Shown here piece by piece: positions 8,757 through 17,547 of a stretch of 60,339 nt of DNA (within the stretch, counting starts at the first letter, position 1; the number at the start of each line of letters is the position of its first letter). The position numbers were made by a program, and so were the translations under genes. The stretch is from Eubacteriales bacterium (GTDB taxonomy: Bacteria > Bacillota > Clostridia > Oscillospirales > CAG-272): NCBI GenBank assembly GCA_045533115.1, contig JAZSHF010000035.1, positions 1-60,339 on the forward strand, read 5' to 3'. The notes under the pieces were generated by a model. The model worked only from the letters and a program-made list of their open reading frames with translations. It was not told the origin of the DNA and searched no databases.

Positions 8757-10325
8757 ATGACTATGAAAAATACCGTAAAACGTTTCCTCGGCATTATTCT
8801 CGCGTCCGTTATGCTTTTTTCTGCCGTATTTTCGCTGAATTCATGTGTTACGAAGAATGAGGACAGTAGCGTGTATTCAAAAGAGACGCTTTATACGATA
8901 ATTCCTATGCCTAAGGAGGTTACCCTTGTCGGCTCCAATGAAAAATATGCCGTGTATACGATCAAGGCGGCAATTTCTTCTGACGATAAGGACTTCGCGG
9001 GATATGTAAATACGTTCAGAAACTACGCCATTAAGATAAACGGCGTTACACTCAAAAAGGAAGAGGGCGGAATTGTCCTCAAAAGAGACGAAAAGCTTTC
9101 CCCGGGCGAATACAAGATAGAAACGTCAAAGAACGGCATCAAGGTGTCGGCATCCGACGATGACGGACTCACCTACGCTCTTGCAACGCTTCATCAGATC
9201 CTTAATTATAAGGACGGCACCCTTACAGTTCCGTCTTACACGATAAAAGATAAGCCCGATTCCTCTTACCGCGCGCTTATGGTCGATCTTGCACGTCAGT
9301 GGCACCCCCTCAGTACCCTCAAGGACTACATCGACCTTTGTTATCTATACAAGATAAAGTATATTCATCTTCACTTCACGGATACCCAGAGCTATACTCT
9401 CCCGAGTGATGAATTCCCGCTTCTTCCGACTGAGGGACGAAGCTACACGAAGGCAGAGATCGCTTCGCTCAATAAGTACGCATCCGACCGCAATATAGAG
9501 ATAATTCCCGAGGTTGCGGTTCCGGGACACGCAGCTTGTCTTACCGCCGCTTATCCCGAGCTATTTAAGAACACGCCTATATCGGGCGATACCGACGGTA
9601 ACATTATCTGTGCAGGCAAGCCCGGGCTTATGGACACCTTAAAGACTCTCTTTGAAGAGGTCATTGAAATGTTCCCGAATTCCCGCTATATTCACGTCGG
9701 CGGCGACGAGGCGAATATTTCGGCCTGGGAAAACTGCTCCGATTGTGTTGCGTTTATGGAAAAGGAAAACATAAACGGTAAGTATCCCCTTTATACCCGT
9801 TTCATCAAGGATATAACCGATATGATCCTCTCTCTCGGAAAGACTCCCGTCGTTTGGGAAGGCTTCCCGAAGGAAGGCGCAGAAACGATCTCGAGAGACA
9901 TCGTCGTCACGGCTTCGGAGTCCCTATATCATCTGCCGAACGACCTTATAGAGGAGGGCTTCACGGTTACAAATTCTTCGTGGCTTCCTCTATACATTGT
10001 TCCCCCGACGAACGAGCACGTCCTCGGCGGAAGATTGTATCCGAGAGACGTTCTCAACTGGAGCAAGTTCACTTGGCGTCACTGGAACAAGAATTCCGCC
10101 GCATACGGCAAGCCGTTAATCGTCGAGCCGACAAATCAGGTCATCGGCGGTACTCTCTGCGCGTGGGAATGTAACTACGACCAGGACATTCAGCCCGTAA
10201 AGGAAAACCTCGCGGCTCTCTCCGAGCGTCTTTGGAATACCGAAGGACGCTTCAAGACCGAGAAAATGCTCGAGGATCTCAAGCACCTCTATAAGCTCGC
10301 CGATAAGGTTATCGACGGTAAATAA
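8757..10325 (+). CDS. GH20 beta-N-acetylhexosaminidase, probable lipoprotein
   Basis: Signal peptide with LNSC lipobox; YRALMVDLAR, HLHFTD, PEVAVPGH, HVGGDEA catalytic motif. Confidence 0.9.
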   Translation: MTMKNTVKRFLGIILASVMLFSAVFSLNSCVTKNEDSSVYSKETLYTIIPMPKEVTLVGSNEKYAVYTIKAAISSDDKDFAGYVNTFRNYAIKINGVTLKKEEGGIVLKRDEKLSPGEYKIETSKNGIKVSASDDDGLTYALATLHQILNYKDGTLTVPSYTIKDKPDSSYRALMVDLARQWHPLSTLKDYIDLCYLYKIKYIHLHFTDTQSYTLPSDEFPLLPTEGRSYTKAEIASLNKYASDRNIEIIPEVAVPGHAACLTAAYPELFKNTPISGDTDGNIICAGKPGLMDTLKTLFEEVIEMFPNSRYIHVGGDEANISAWENCSDCVAFMEKENINGKYPLYTRFIKDITDMILSLGKTPVVWEGFPKEGAETISRDIVVTASESLYHLPNDLIEEGFTVTNSSWLPLYIVPPTNEHVLGGRLYPRDVLNWSKFTWRHWNKNSAAYGKPLIVEPTNQVIGGTLCAWECNYDQDIQPVKENLAALSERLWNTEGRFKTEKMLEDLKHLYKLADKVIDGK

Positions 10326-10333
10326 AATATTGT

Positions 10334-10369
10334 TAAATCCCTTGCGGCATTTACGCTGCAGGGGATTTA
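10334..10369 (+). terminator. Intrinsic terminator hairpin
   Basis: TAAATCCCTTGCGGC...GCTGCAGGGGATTTA inverted repeat after GH20 gene. Confidence 0.7.
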
Positions 10370-10645
10370 TCGTTTCGCTTAAACTCAGCCATCCAATTTC
10401 CGTGTGTCTCGACAAACTCAAGGTAACCCCTCTTGATGAAAAACATATAGTAATTGGCAGTATGCTCCGAGTTTTCGGTGCAGCAGTAACCGAAATCCGT
10501 GATGTGTTTAGGACAAACCTTGTTTTAGAAGTCGGGAGCGGCGATATCTGTCGGTTATCCCGGCTACTGCCATTTTTCAAGGGCGCTCACAAAAACTTTG
10601 TAAAAAGCCTGAAAGCGTATGTCAAACAGTATCTTAACGTCCAAA
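10350..10645 (-). pseudogene. Possible decayed gene remnant (resembles a TetR-type C-terminal domain)
   Basis: One minus frame reads DVKILFDIRFQAFYKVFVSALEKWQ*PG*PTDIAAPDF*NKVC...ANYYMFFIKRGYLEFVETHGNWMAEF with three in-frame stops; its exact antisense frame is the stop-free 10330-10650 ORF. Confidence 0.3.
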
Positions 10646-10831
10646 ACTGACCGTTTTTCGGCAAATTCAATATAAAATCGAGTATAAACATACGATGATT
10701 TCTATATTGATTTTCAAAAAATATTTCAAATTCTATTGCAATAACGCGAAAAATAAGCTATAATATTACGTTGGCAGGCGTAGTCCTATTGGGCTTTGCC
10801 TCACTCAATTCTGAAGAAGAGGGAATCTACA

Positions 10832-12034
10832 ATGTCAGATAATAGTAGAAAAGTTGGAACCGTGTCGAGAGGTATCCGTTGCCCTATCATTAGAGAGGGA
10901 GACGACCTTGCGAGAATCGTTGCGGACAGCGTTCTTGAAGCGGCGCAGTCTGAGGGCTTTGAGCTTCGCGATAAGGATGTTGTTTCGGTAACCGAGAGCG
11001 TCGTTGCGCGCGCACAGGGAAATTATGCTTCCGTGCAGGATATTGCCGACGACGTAAAGGCAAAGCTCGGCGGAGGAACCGTCGGCGTTCTTTTCCCGAT
11101 CCTTTCGCGTAACCGCTTTGCAATTTGTCTTAAGGGTATCGCTATGGGCGCGAAGAAGATCGTCCTTATGCTCAGTTACCCGTCCGATGAGGTTGGAAAT
11201 TCCCTTATGGATATGGATATGCTTGACGAGTCGGGCGTAAATCCCTACTCCGATCTCCTTACACTTGAGCGCTACCGCGAGCTCTTTGGCGAAAATCCGC
11301 TTGAATTTACGGGCGTTGATTACGTTGCTTACTACGAGCAGCTTATTAAGGACTGCGGTGCCGAGGCGGAGATCATCTTCGGAAACCGTCCCGAAATGAT
11401 ACTTCCTTACGCAGAGAATATTATCAACTGTGATATACATTCCCGCGCAAGAACCAAGCGTATACTCAGAGCAGGCGGTGCAAAGGTTGTTTGCGGTCTT
11501 GACGATATTCTTAACGCTTCCGTTAACGGAAGCGGTTATAATGAAAACTATGGTCTTCTCGGCTCGAATAAGAGTACCGAGAATACCATCAAGCTTTTCC
11601 CGCGTAACTGTCGTCCCGTCGTTGACGATGTTCAGAGATATATTCTTGAAGCGACAGGCAAGCACGTTGAGGTAATGATCTACGGAGACGGCGCCTTCAA
11701 GGATCCCCGCGGAAAGATATGGGAGCTTGCAGATCCGGTGGTTTCTCCCGCGTTTACAGACGGACTTATCGGTACGCCGAACGAGCTAAAGCTTAAGTAC
11801 CTTGCAGATAACGACTTCAAGGATCTTTCGGGTGAGGAGCTCAGAAAGGCGATCTCCGAAAGCATCAAGAAGAAGGACGGCTCATCACTTGTCGGAAACA
11901 TGGCTGCGCAGGGAACGACACCCCGTCAGCTTACCGACCTGATCGGCTCGCTTTGCGACCTTACCTCCGGTTCGGGCGACAAGGGGACTCCCGTAGTACT
12001 CGTACAGGGATACTTCGATAACTACACTAACTGA
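10832..12034 (+). CDS. Coenzyme F420-0:L-glutamate ligase (CofE)-like family protein
   Basis: PIIREGDDLA..V, TESVVARAQG, DLIGSLCDLTSGSGDKGTPVVLVQGYF; ATG at 10832 follows GAGGGA SD; TTGCAA-17-TATAAT promoter upstream. Confidence 0.82.
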   Translation: MSDNSRKVGTVSRGIRCPIIREGDDLARIVADSVLEAAQSEGFELRDKDVVSVTESVVARAQGNYASVQDIADDVKAKLGGGTVGVLFPILSRNRFAICLKGIAMGAKKIVLMLSYPSDEVGNSLMDMDMLDESGVNPYSDLLTLERYRELFGENPLEFTGVDYVAYYEQLIKDCGAEAEIIFGNRPEMILPYAENIINCDIHSRARTKRILRAGGAKVVCGLDDILNASVNGSGYNENYGLLGSNKSTENTIKLFPRNCRPVVDDVQRYILEATGKHVEVMIYGDGAFKDPRGKIWELADPVVSPAFTDGLIGTPNELKLKYLADNDFKDLSGEELRKAISESIKKKDGSSLVGNMAAQGTTPRQLTDLIGSLCDLTSGSGDKGTPVVLVQGYFDNYTN

Positions 12035-12045
12035 TACAGATAAAG

Positions 12046-12072
12046 AAAGAGAACCGCTCGGTTCTCTTTTTT
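12046..12072. terminator. Bidirectional terminator
   Basis: AAAGAGAACCG CT CGGTTCTCTTT between convergent genes. Confidence 0.75.
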
Positions 12073-12317
12073 TATCCCTTAACGATCGGATCCTTCATTT
12101 TTACGATAATAAGATCCTCCCCTATATGCTCGATGCAAGCCCACGGTATCTTGATGCACGGTGCTTTTGTAAATAGCCCGCCCTCTCCCGGAATAATTAT
12201 TGAAAGAAGACGCGCGTCGCAAAGATCAAGCTCAATGTCGCAAACGTACCCGAGCCGTTTTCCGCTTGATATGTTAATGACCTCTTTGTTTTTCAGCTCT
12301 GTAAGAAAGCAGTCCAT
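12072..12317 (-). CDS. YlmC/YmxH family sporulation PRC-barrel protein
   Basis: ELKNKEVINISSGKRLGYVCDIELD...IPWACIEHIGEDLIIV. Confidence 0.92.
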   Translation of the reverse strand: MDCFLTELKNKEVINISSGKRLGYVCDIELDLCDARLLSIIIPGEGGLFTKAPCIKIPWACIEHIGEDLIIVKMKDPIVKG

Positions 12318-12376
12318 ATTTTTCTCCTCCGTTTCTTTTTTTCAATACTATGCCGACGCAGGATTTTTAATGCCTT

Positions 12377-12407
12377 GTCATATAAGAAAAATCGCCTGCA
12401 TAGTAAT
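12377..12407 (+). promoter_or_regulatory. Putative sigma-E promoter of spoIVA
   Basis: GTCATATA...CATAGTAAT resembles sigma-E -35/-10 elements; spoIVA is a known sigma-E target. Confidence 0.55.
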
Positions 12408-12463
12408 ATACAAAAAAGAGGCGTCACGGCTCCGCCGTCGCTTATGAGAGAAAGGTATCAAGT

Positions 12464-13942
12464 ATGATGAATTCTAATATTTACCGCGATATTGCAGAGC
12501 GTACGGGGGGCAACATTTATATCGGAGTCGTCGGCCCCGTAAGAACGGGAAAATCGACCTTTATCAAGCGCTTTATGGAAAACCTCGTGCTCCCTAATAT
12601 CGAAAACAGCTTTGACAGGGAAAGAGCGCGTGACGAGATGCCGCAGAGTGCGGCGGGAAAGACGGTAATGACGGCAGAGCCGAAATTTATTCCCGATGAG
12701 GCAGTCGAGATAGTGCTTTCGGATAATGCCCGTCTTTCGGTACGAATGGTCGACTGTGTCGGATATATCGTTCCCGAGGCGATGGGACATATAGAAAACG
12801 GCGGACCGAGAATGGTCAGCACGCCTTGGCGCGACACTCCGATGCCCTTTACCGAGGCGGCGGAATACGGTACCCGCAAGGTCATTACCGACCATTCGAC
12901 GATAGGCGTAGTCGTAACGACCGACGGCACTATCGGTGAGATAGGCAGACAGAATTACGTTGAAGCGGAGAAGCGCATAGTCAACGAGCTGAAGGCAATG
13001 GGTAAGCCGTTTGCCGTCATTATGAACTCGCAGGATCCGTCACGCGAGGAAAGCATACGGCTTGCGACCGAGATCGAAAACGAATACGGAGTTCCCGTAG
13101 CGCTCGTGAACTGTCTTGAGCTTAACAGCGAGGATATAAAGCACATTCTCGAAATGATACTTATGGAGTTTCCGATAAGACAAATATCGGTCGATATTCC
13201 TCTTTGGCTATGCGCCCTCGGCGATGAGCATCCGATATACCAATCAGTCAAGGAAGGCGTCCTCGATTCAGCTGCAGAAATACGAAAGATTGCAGACGTT
13301 AAGGATGCTTTTGATAACCTGTGCGAAAACGAATATATCGAAAACGGAAGCATAACTGAAATCGATCTCGGAAAGGGAGATGCGCGCCTTAATATCCGTA
13401 TGCCCGAGGAATTGTATTATAAAACTCTCGGAGAAATAACGGGATTTGATATAACGGGCGAGGAAACGCTCGTCGGACTTCTCCGCGAGCTTTCAGAAAT
13501 GAAGAAGAAGTACGACAAGATCGCCTCTGCTCTTGATAGCGTGAACGAAAGCGGATACGGTATCGTTACTCCAGACCTTTCCGAATTGACTCTCGACGAG
13601 CCCGAGATCGTCAAGCAAAACGGCGGGTACGGCGTTAAATTAAAGGCAGGCGGGCCGTCGATACACATGATAAAGGCGCGTATCGAGACCGAGATAAACC
13701 CGATCGTCGGCACCGAAGCGCAGTCCGAGGAGCTTATCAAGCGAATGACGGAGGAATACAAGGAGGATCCATCAAAGATATGGGAATCCAATATCTTCGG
13801 CAAAACTCTTCACGAGCTTGTAAACGAAGGACTTGTAAGCAAGCTTGAGCATATGCCGCCGGAGGCAAGAGAGCGTTTGAGCGAAACTCTTGAGAAGGTT
13901 ATCAACGAGGGCAGCGGCGGGCTGATTTGCATAATTCTCTGA
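12464..13942 (+). CDS. spoIVA: Stage IV sporulation protein A
   Basis: IYIGVVGPVRTGKSTFIKRF, DEMPQSAAGKTVMTAEPKFIP, C-terminal GGLICIIL. Confidence 0.98.
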   Translation: MMNSNIYRDIAERTGGNIYIGVVGPVRTGKSTFIKRFMENLVLPNIENSFDRERARDEMPQSAAGKTVMTAEPKFIPDEAVEIVLSDNARLSVRMVDCVGYIVPEAMGHIENGGPRMVSTPWRDTPMPFTEAAEYGTRKVITDHSTIGVVVTTDGTIGEIGRQNYVEAEKRIVNELKAMGKPFAVIMNSQDPSREESIRLATEIENEYGVPVALVNCLELNSEDIKHILEMILMEFPIRQISVDIPLWLCALGDEHPIYQSVKEGVLDSAAEIRKIADVKDAFDNLCENEYIENGSITEIDLGKGDARLNIRMPEELYYKTLGEITGFDITGEETLVGLLRELSEMKKKYDKIASALDSVNESGYGIVTPDLSELTLDEPEIVKQNGGYGVKLKAGGPSIHMIKARIETEINPIVGTEAQSEELIKRMTEEYKEDPSKIWESNIFGKTLHELVNEGLVSKLEHMPPEARERLSETLEKVINEGSGGLICIIL

Positions 13943-13949
13943 AAACGAT

Positions 13950-13985
13950 AAACGGACAAAATGAAATTCATTTTGTCCGTTTTTT
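13950..13985. terminator. Intrinsic terminator
   Basis: AAACGGACAAAATG...CATTTTGTCCGTTTTTT. Confidence 0.75.
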
Positions 13986-14026
13986 ATACTTGTACACTAA
14001 ATGGTTTACTTAAAATTTCGGCGCTT

Positions 14027-15241
14027 TTATCTTGTAAGGTACTTATTTAATTTGTTCCAAGGGCGCAGGGCAAGAATAGACGCCGCCGTTCCGAGTAGCG
14101 CTACAACAAGCCAGGCGGTGATGGTAAACGACCAGCCGCGGCTCTCGGAGAGGACGGCGATACCGTAGGTCGAAACAGCGCTTCCCACGTATGAGAAGCT
14201 GTTAAGAAGTCCCGATGCAAACGACACCTTTCCGACGCTTTTGAAGTACGCGGGGAGCATACTGATGTACATAAGGTTTACGCCGTGCATACAGCCGGTA
14301 AGAGCCGCCGAAAAGACGATTGAAAGTACCGCAAGCGAATTTGAAAATAGCGCGAGAACGAGTGCCGACAGCGAGCCGAGGGTAAAGATCACGATAGCGC
14401 AAACGACCGGGTTTTTCAGTGCCTTGCTGTGAAGCGTCAGTGCAGCTTGCGTGGAGAGAATACTGAATATTGGAAGAACGACACCCGAAAGAATTGCGGT
14501 GCTGCTTTCGAGCTTGAAGGTCTCGGATATATAGGACGGCATCCAGGTCGTGACCCCGTCCTTTAACGCGCCCTGGCAAATTATTGCGAAGAAAATGAGA
14601 ATAAGCGCAGGCGAGACGAAAATGCTTTTTGACGAGATGCCGGACGAGCAGACGTCAGATACCTGTCTTTTTTCGGAAATAACGTCGGGGGCGAGAAGCT
14701 GCCAAAGGACGAGCATAACTGCGCCGCATACGGCAGAAATGAAGAATACGTATTTCCAGCCAAACGATTCGATAATAAGAGGCGAGCAGAGATATACGAG
14801 TATCGTTCCGATATACGCGCCCCACGACACGCGAACCGTGGCTGCCTTGTATTCGTCAACGGTCATAAGAGCCGTCATCATTCTGACGAGCGGGGGCCAC
14901 ATAAGAGAATGTGCGAAGCCGTTTACACACCATATTGCCGTCATAACGTAGGCGTTCGGGGAGAATGGAAATAGAGTGTTCATTATCACCGTAATGATAA
15001 AGCCTGTTCTTATAAGCAGCTTCGGGCGAACACGGTCGCCGAGGGCTCCGCTTATTATCTGACCGATTCCGTAGGTGATGAAGCTGCCCGTCAGAGCCAT
15101 CGAAAGAAACGGCTTGCTTATTCCGGTCGAAAAAACCATTTCGGATATTATGGCACCGTAATTTATACGGGTGAGATAGCTTGTAAGATATGTCAGTGCG
15201 AATAAAAGCGTCAGACGCTTCGCATTAGTTATGTGATTCAT
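14027..15241 (-). CDS. MFS transporter
   Basis: 12 TM pattern, SYLTRINY, GQIISGALGDRVRP motif A, TWMPSYI. Confidence 0.9.
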   Translation of the reverse strand: MNHITNAKRLTLLFALTYLTSYLTRINYGAIISEMVFSTGISKPFLSMALTGSFITYGIGQIISGALGDRVRPKLLIRTGFIITVIMNTLFPFSPNAYVMTAIWCVNGFAHSLMWPPLVRMMTALMTVDEYKAATVRVSWGAYIGTILVYLCSPLIIESFGWKYVFFISAVCGAVMLVLWQLLAPDVISEKRQVSDVCSSGISSKSIFVSPALILIFFAIICQGALKDGVTTWMPSYISETFKLESSTAILSGVVLPIFSILSTQAALTLHSKALKNPVVCAIVIFTLGSLSALVLALFSNSLAVLSIVFSAALTGCMHGVNLMYISMLPAYFKSVGKVSFASGLLNSFSYVGSAVSTYGIAVLSESRGWSFTITAWLVVALLGTAASILALRPWNKLNKYLTR

Positions 15242-15391
15242 TATATAAACCTCGTAATTGATGTTAAAATTATATCACGGTAATTTTAGAATGTCCATAG
15301 CGAAACGTCGAAAATTGGCACAAAAAAGCCCTCTGAAGTATAATAAATGTGGTAAAAAGGGAACAAATATTTCGTTTTTGGCAAAAACTTC

Positions 15392-15420
15392 TTGACATAT
15401 TCCATTTCGTGATTTATAAT
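15392..15420 (+). promoter_or_regulatory. Sigma-A promoter of rpsF-ssb-rpsR
   Basis: TTGACA-17 bp-TATAAT. Confidence 0.85.
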
Positions 15421-15443
15421 AGTAGGGTGAAAACTTTTGTTTT

Positions 15444-15492
15444 CTCCTTGCCGCCGAAATCTTAGCGGCGGTCTTATGTCCATAAGGAGGTG
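15444..15492 (+). promoter_or_regulatory. Putative S6:S18 ribosomal protein leader
   Basis: CTCCTT anti-SD can pair with AAGGAG; enclosed CCGC...GCGG hairpin; sits directly before rpsF as in Firmicute S6:S18 leaders. Confidence 0.6.
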
Positions 15493-15498
15493 TAAAAA

Positions 15499-15795
15499 AT
15501 GGCAAAGAACAACATGTCTTACGAAGTCCTGTTCGTAGTTGATCTTACCCCCGGTGAGGAGGGCGTTAAGGCTCTCGTTGAGAAGTTCACTTCTCTCATC
15601 GCGGCAAACGGCACCGTTAACGAGGTTAACGAGTGGGGCAAGCGTCGTCTTGCTTACCCGATCAACGATATGAACGACGGTTACTATGTGCTTGTTAATT
15701 TCTCTGCTCCTACGGATTTCCCCGCAGAGCTCGAGAGAGTTTTCAGCATTACTGACGGTATTCTCCGTTCTATGGTAATCGCAAAGGAAGCATAA
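15499..15795 (+). CDS. rpsF: 30S ribosomal protein S6
   Basis: YEVLFVV, WGKRRLAYPIN, DGYYVL. Confidence 0.97.
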   Translation: MAKNNMSYEVLFVVDLTPGEEGVKALVEKFTSLIAANGTVNEVNEWGKRRLAYPINDMNDGYYVLVNFSAPTDFPAELERVFSITDGILRSMVIAKEA

Positions 15796-15810
15796 TTTTG
15801 GAGGTTAATT

Positions 15811-16287
15811 ATGGCAAGCTTGAATCTTAATAAGGTTGTTTTGGCAGGTCATCTTGCAGCAGATCCCGAAATGAGACAGACACAGAACGGTATTCCCGTA
15901 TGCTCTTTCCGAGTAGGCGTTTCCCGCAGATATCAGCCTAAGACCAACGAAGGTCAGTCACAGTCGGTAGCAGACTTTATTACCGTTGTCGCGTGGCGTC
16001 AGCAGGCGGAGTTTGTTTCCCGCTATTTCCGCAAGGGTAGCTCTATTTGTGTTACCGGCTCTATCCAGATGCGTCAGTGGACGGATAAGCACGAGCAGAA
16101 GAGATACGACCTTGAGATCGTGGCAGACGAAGTTATGTTCGTCGATTCCAAGGGCGAAAGCTCGGGCGATCAGGGCGGATTCGGTGCTTCCTATAATGCC
16201 GGCAGCTATGCTCCCTCTTTCTCTTCTCAGACCGAGACGGCTCCTAAATTTGAGGAGATGTCTAACGACGACGATCTCCCGTTCTGA
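15811..16287 (+). CDS. ssb: Single-stranded DNA-binding protein
   Basis: LNKVVLAG.L..DPEMR, ADFI.VVAWR, C-terminal DDDLPF. Confidence 0.97.
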   Translation: MASLNLNKVVLAGHLAADPEMRQTQNGIPVCSFRVGVSRRYQPKTNEGQSQSVADFITVVAWRQQAEFVSRYFRKGSSICVTGSIQMRQWTDKHEQKRYDLEIVADEVMFVDSKGESSGDQGGFGASYNAGSYAPSFSSQTETAPKFEEMSNDDDLPF

Positions 16288-16321
16288 GAAAACAGTTTAA
16301 TTTTAACAGGAGGAATGTAAG

Positions 16322-16579
16322 ATGGATAACAATCAGGCAACTCAGACCCAGAAGCCTTTCCGCCAGAACAAGAGACACAAGAAGGTCTGCCAGTTCTGTG
16401 CTGATAAGATCGACAATGTCGATTACAAAGACGTAAGCAGATTAAGAAAGTGCGTAAGCGAACGTTCCAAGATCCTTCCCAGAAGAGTAACCGGAACTTG
16501 CGCTTATCATCAGCGCCAGCTTACTATCGCTATTAAGAGAGCACGCCACATGGCGCTCATCCCTTATATCAGCGACTAA
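16322..16579 (+). CDS. rpsR: 30S ribosomal protein S18 (Zn-binding type)
   Basis: [28 protein letters not shown]. Confidence 0.98.
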   Translation: MDNNQATQTQKPFRQNKRHKKVCQFCADKIDNVDYKDVSRLRKCVSERSKILPRRVTGTCAYHQRQLTIAIKRARHMALIPYISD

Positions 16580-16590
16580 AACTAAAGAAT

Positions 16591-16620
16591 GAGGGCTGAC
16601 GCGGTTTCGTGTCAGCCCTC
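16591..16620 (+). terminator. Hairpin after rpsR
   Basis: GAGGGCTGAC...GTCAGCCCTC inverted repeat; no clear U-tract. Confidence 0.55.
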
Positions 16621-16776
16621 ACGAAGTATTAAGGGCAAATTTTTTTCTACTATATTTAGAGTATTTAATATATTTTTTCAAAATACTGTATCAAATTACC
16701 ATTTATTGGCATATAATCGTAAGGATGATGAAGAAAGGGCGGGGAATTTCCCCGCGTGATTATGGTACTTAAAAAT

Positions 16777-17499
16777 ATGAAAATCAGACTGTTTACAGCG
16801 CTTTTAGCAGTGATAATGTTCCTGCCCGCTTGTGCTATGAACGTAGTTGAAGATAAAGTGCCGACCTCTTATGTCGGCGGTGTTTGCGAGAGCGATGCTT
16901 ACGGTGAGCTTGTTCTCCCCGTAATCATAAAGCGTCCCCAAAAGAACAACAAAAATGACGTCACGGTAGACGTCAGCCGTCCGAACGTCGAATCGTCGGG
17001 CTCGACCTCGGGAAGCAAATTCGTTCCCTACGACGTTCCGCTCACCATAGAGCAGCAGAAGATAGTCGAGAAGGTCGCCGAGAGATTCTACATCAGCGAG
17101 GAGCTGATATACGGTGTAATGTGGGTCGAATCGAAGTATAACGTAAACGCGATCGGCAAGAACGCTCAGTATCTCGGAATAATGCAGATATCGAAATCCA
17201 ATCTTAAGATACTTAAGCAGTACTGCGGCGTTACCGATCTTATGGACTTCGAGCAGAACGTAGTTGCCGGCTCATACTATCTCAGAACCTATCTTACTCG
17301 TTATAACGGAAATAAGCATATTTCGCTTCTCTATTATCACGGTGGATACAAGTATGCGAATAGACTTATCGCGAACGGACAGTATGAGGATAGTTACAGC
17401 AGATCTGTAATCAGAGAGATGAACCGTATAACCGAAGCAAGAAAAAAGCTTGCGGCAGAAATGGGTGTTAAGCTCTACGGCGCTCCGTACGAAAACTAA
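16777..17499 (+). CDS. SLT-domain lytic transglycosylase, secreted or lipoprotein
   Basis: Signal peptide ending LPAC; VMWVES catalytic Glu, GIMQI, NVVAGSYYL, YHGG motifs; start could be 16756-16777. Confidence 0.8.
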   Translation: MKIRLFTALLAVIMFLPACAMNVVEDKVPTSYVGGVCESDAYGELVLPVIIKRPQKNNKNDVTVDVSRPNVESSGSTSGSKFVPYDVPLTIEQQKIVEKVAERFYISEELIYGVMWVESKYNVNAIGKNAQYLGIMQISKSNLKILKQYCGVTDLMDFEQNVVAGSYYLRTYLTRYNGNKHISLLYYHGGYKYANRLIANGQYEDSYSRSVIREMNRITEARKKLAAEMGVKLYGAPYEN

Positions 17500-17508
17500 A
17501 CTTGAATT

Positions 17509-17545
17509 AAAAATCCCTAAAAGCGATTGTGCTTTTAGGGATTTT
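17509..17545. terminator. Bidirectional terminator
   Basis: AAAATCCCTAAAAGC...GCTTTTAGGGATTTT. Confidence 0.78.
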
Positions 17546-17547
17546 CA

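Noticed and set aside
10330-10650. 106 aa plus-strand ORF
   Set aside because: Starts at a terminator hairpin, lacks an SD, and is better explained as the antisense of a decayed gene
15360-15373. Possible SOS box GAACAAATATTT upstream of rpsF-ssb
   Set aside because: Right half-site does not match GTTY; too weak to call
16756-17499. Prophage or conjugative element suggested by SLT gene near ssb
   Set aside because: ssb is the chromosomal rpsF-ssb-rpsR copy; no phage or secretion-system genes nearby
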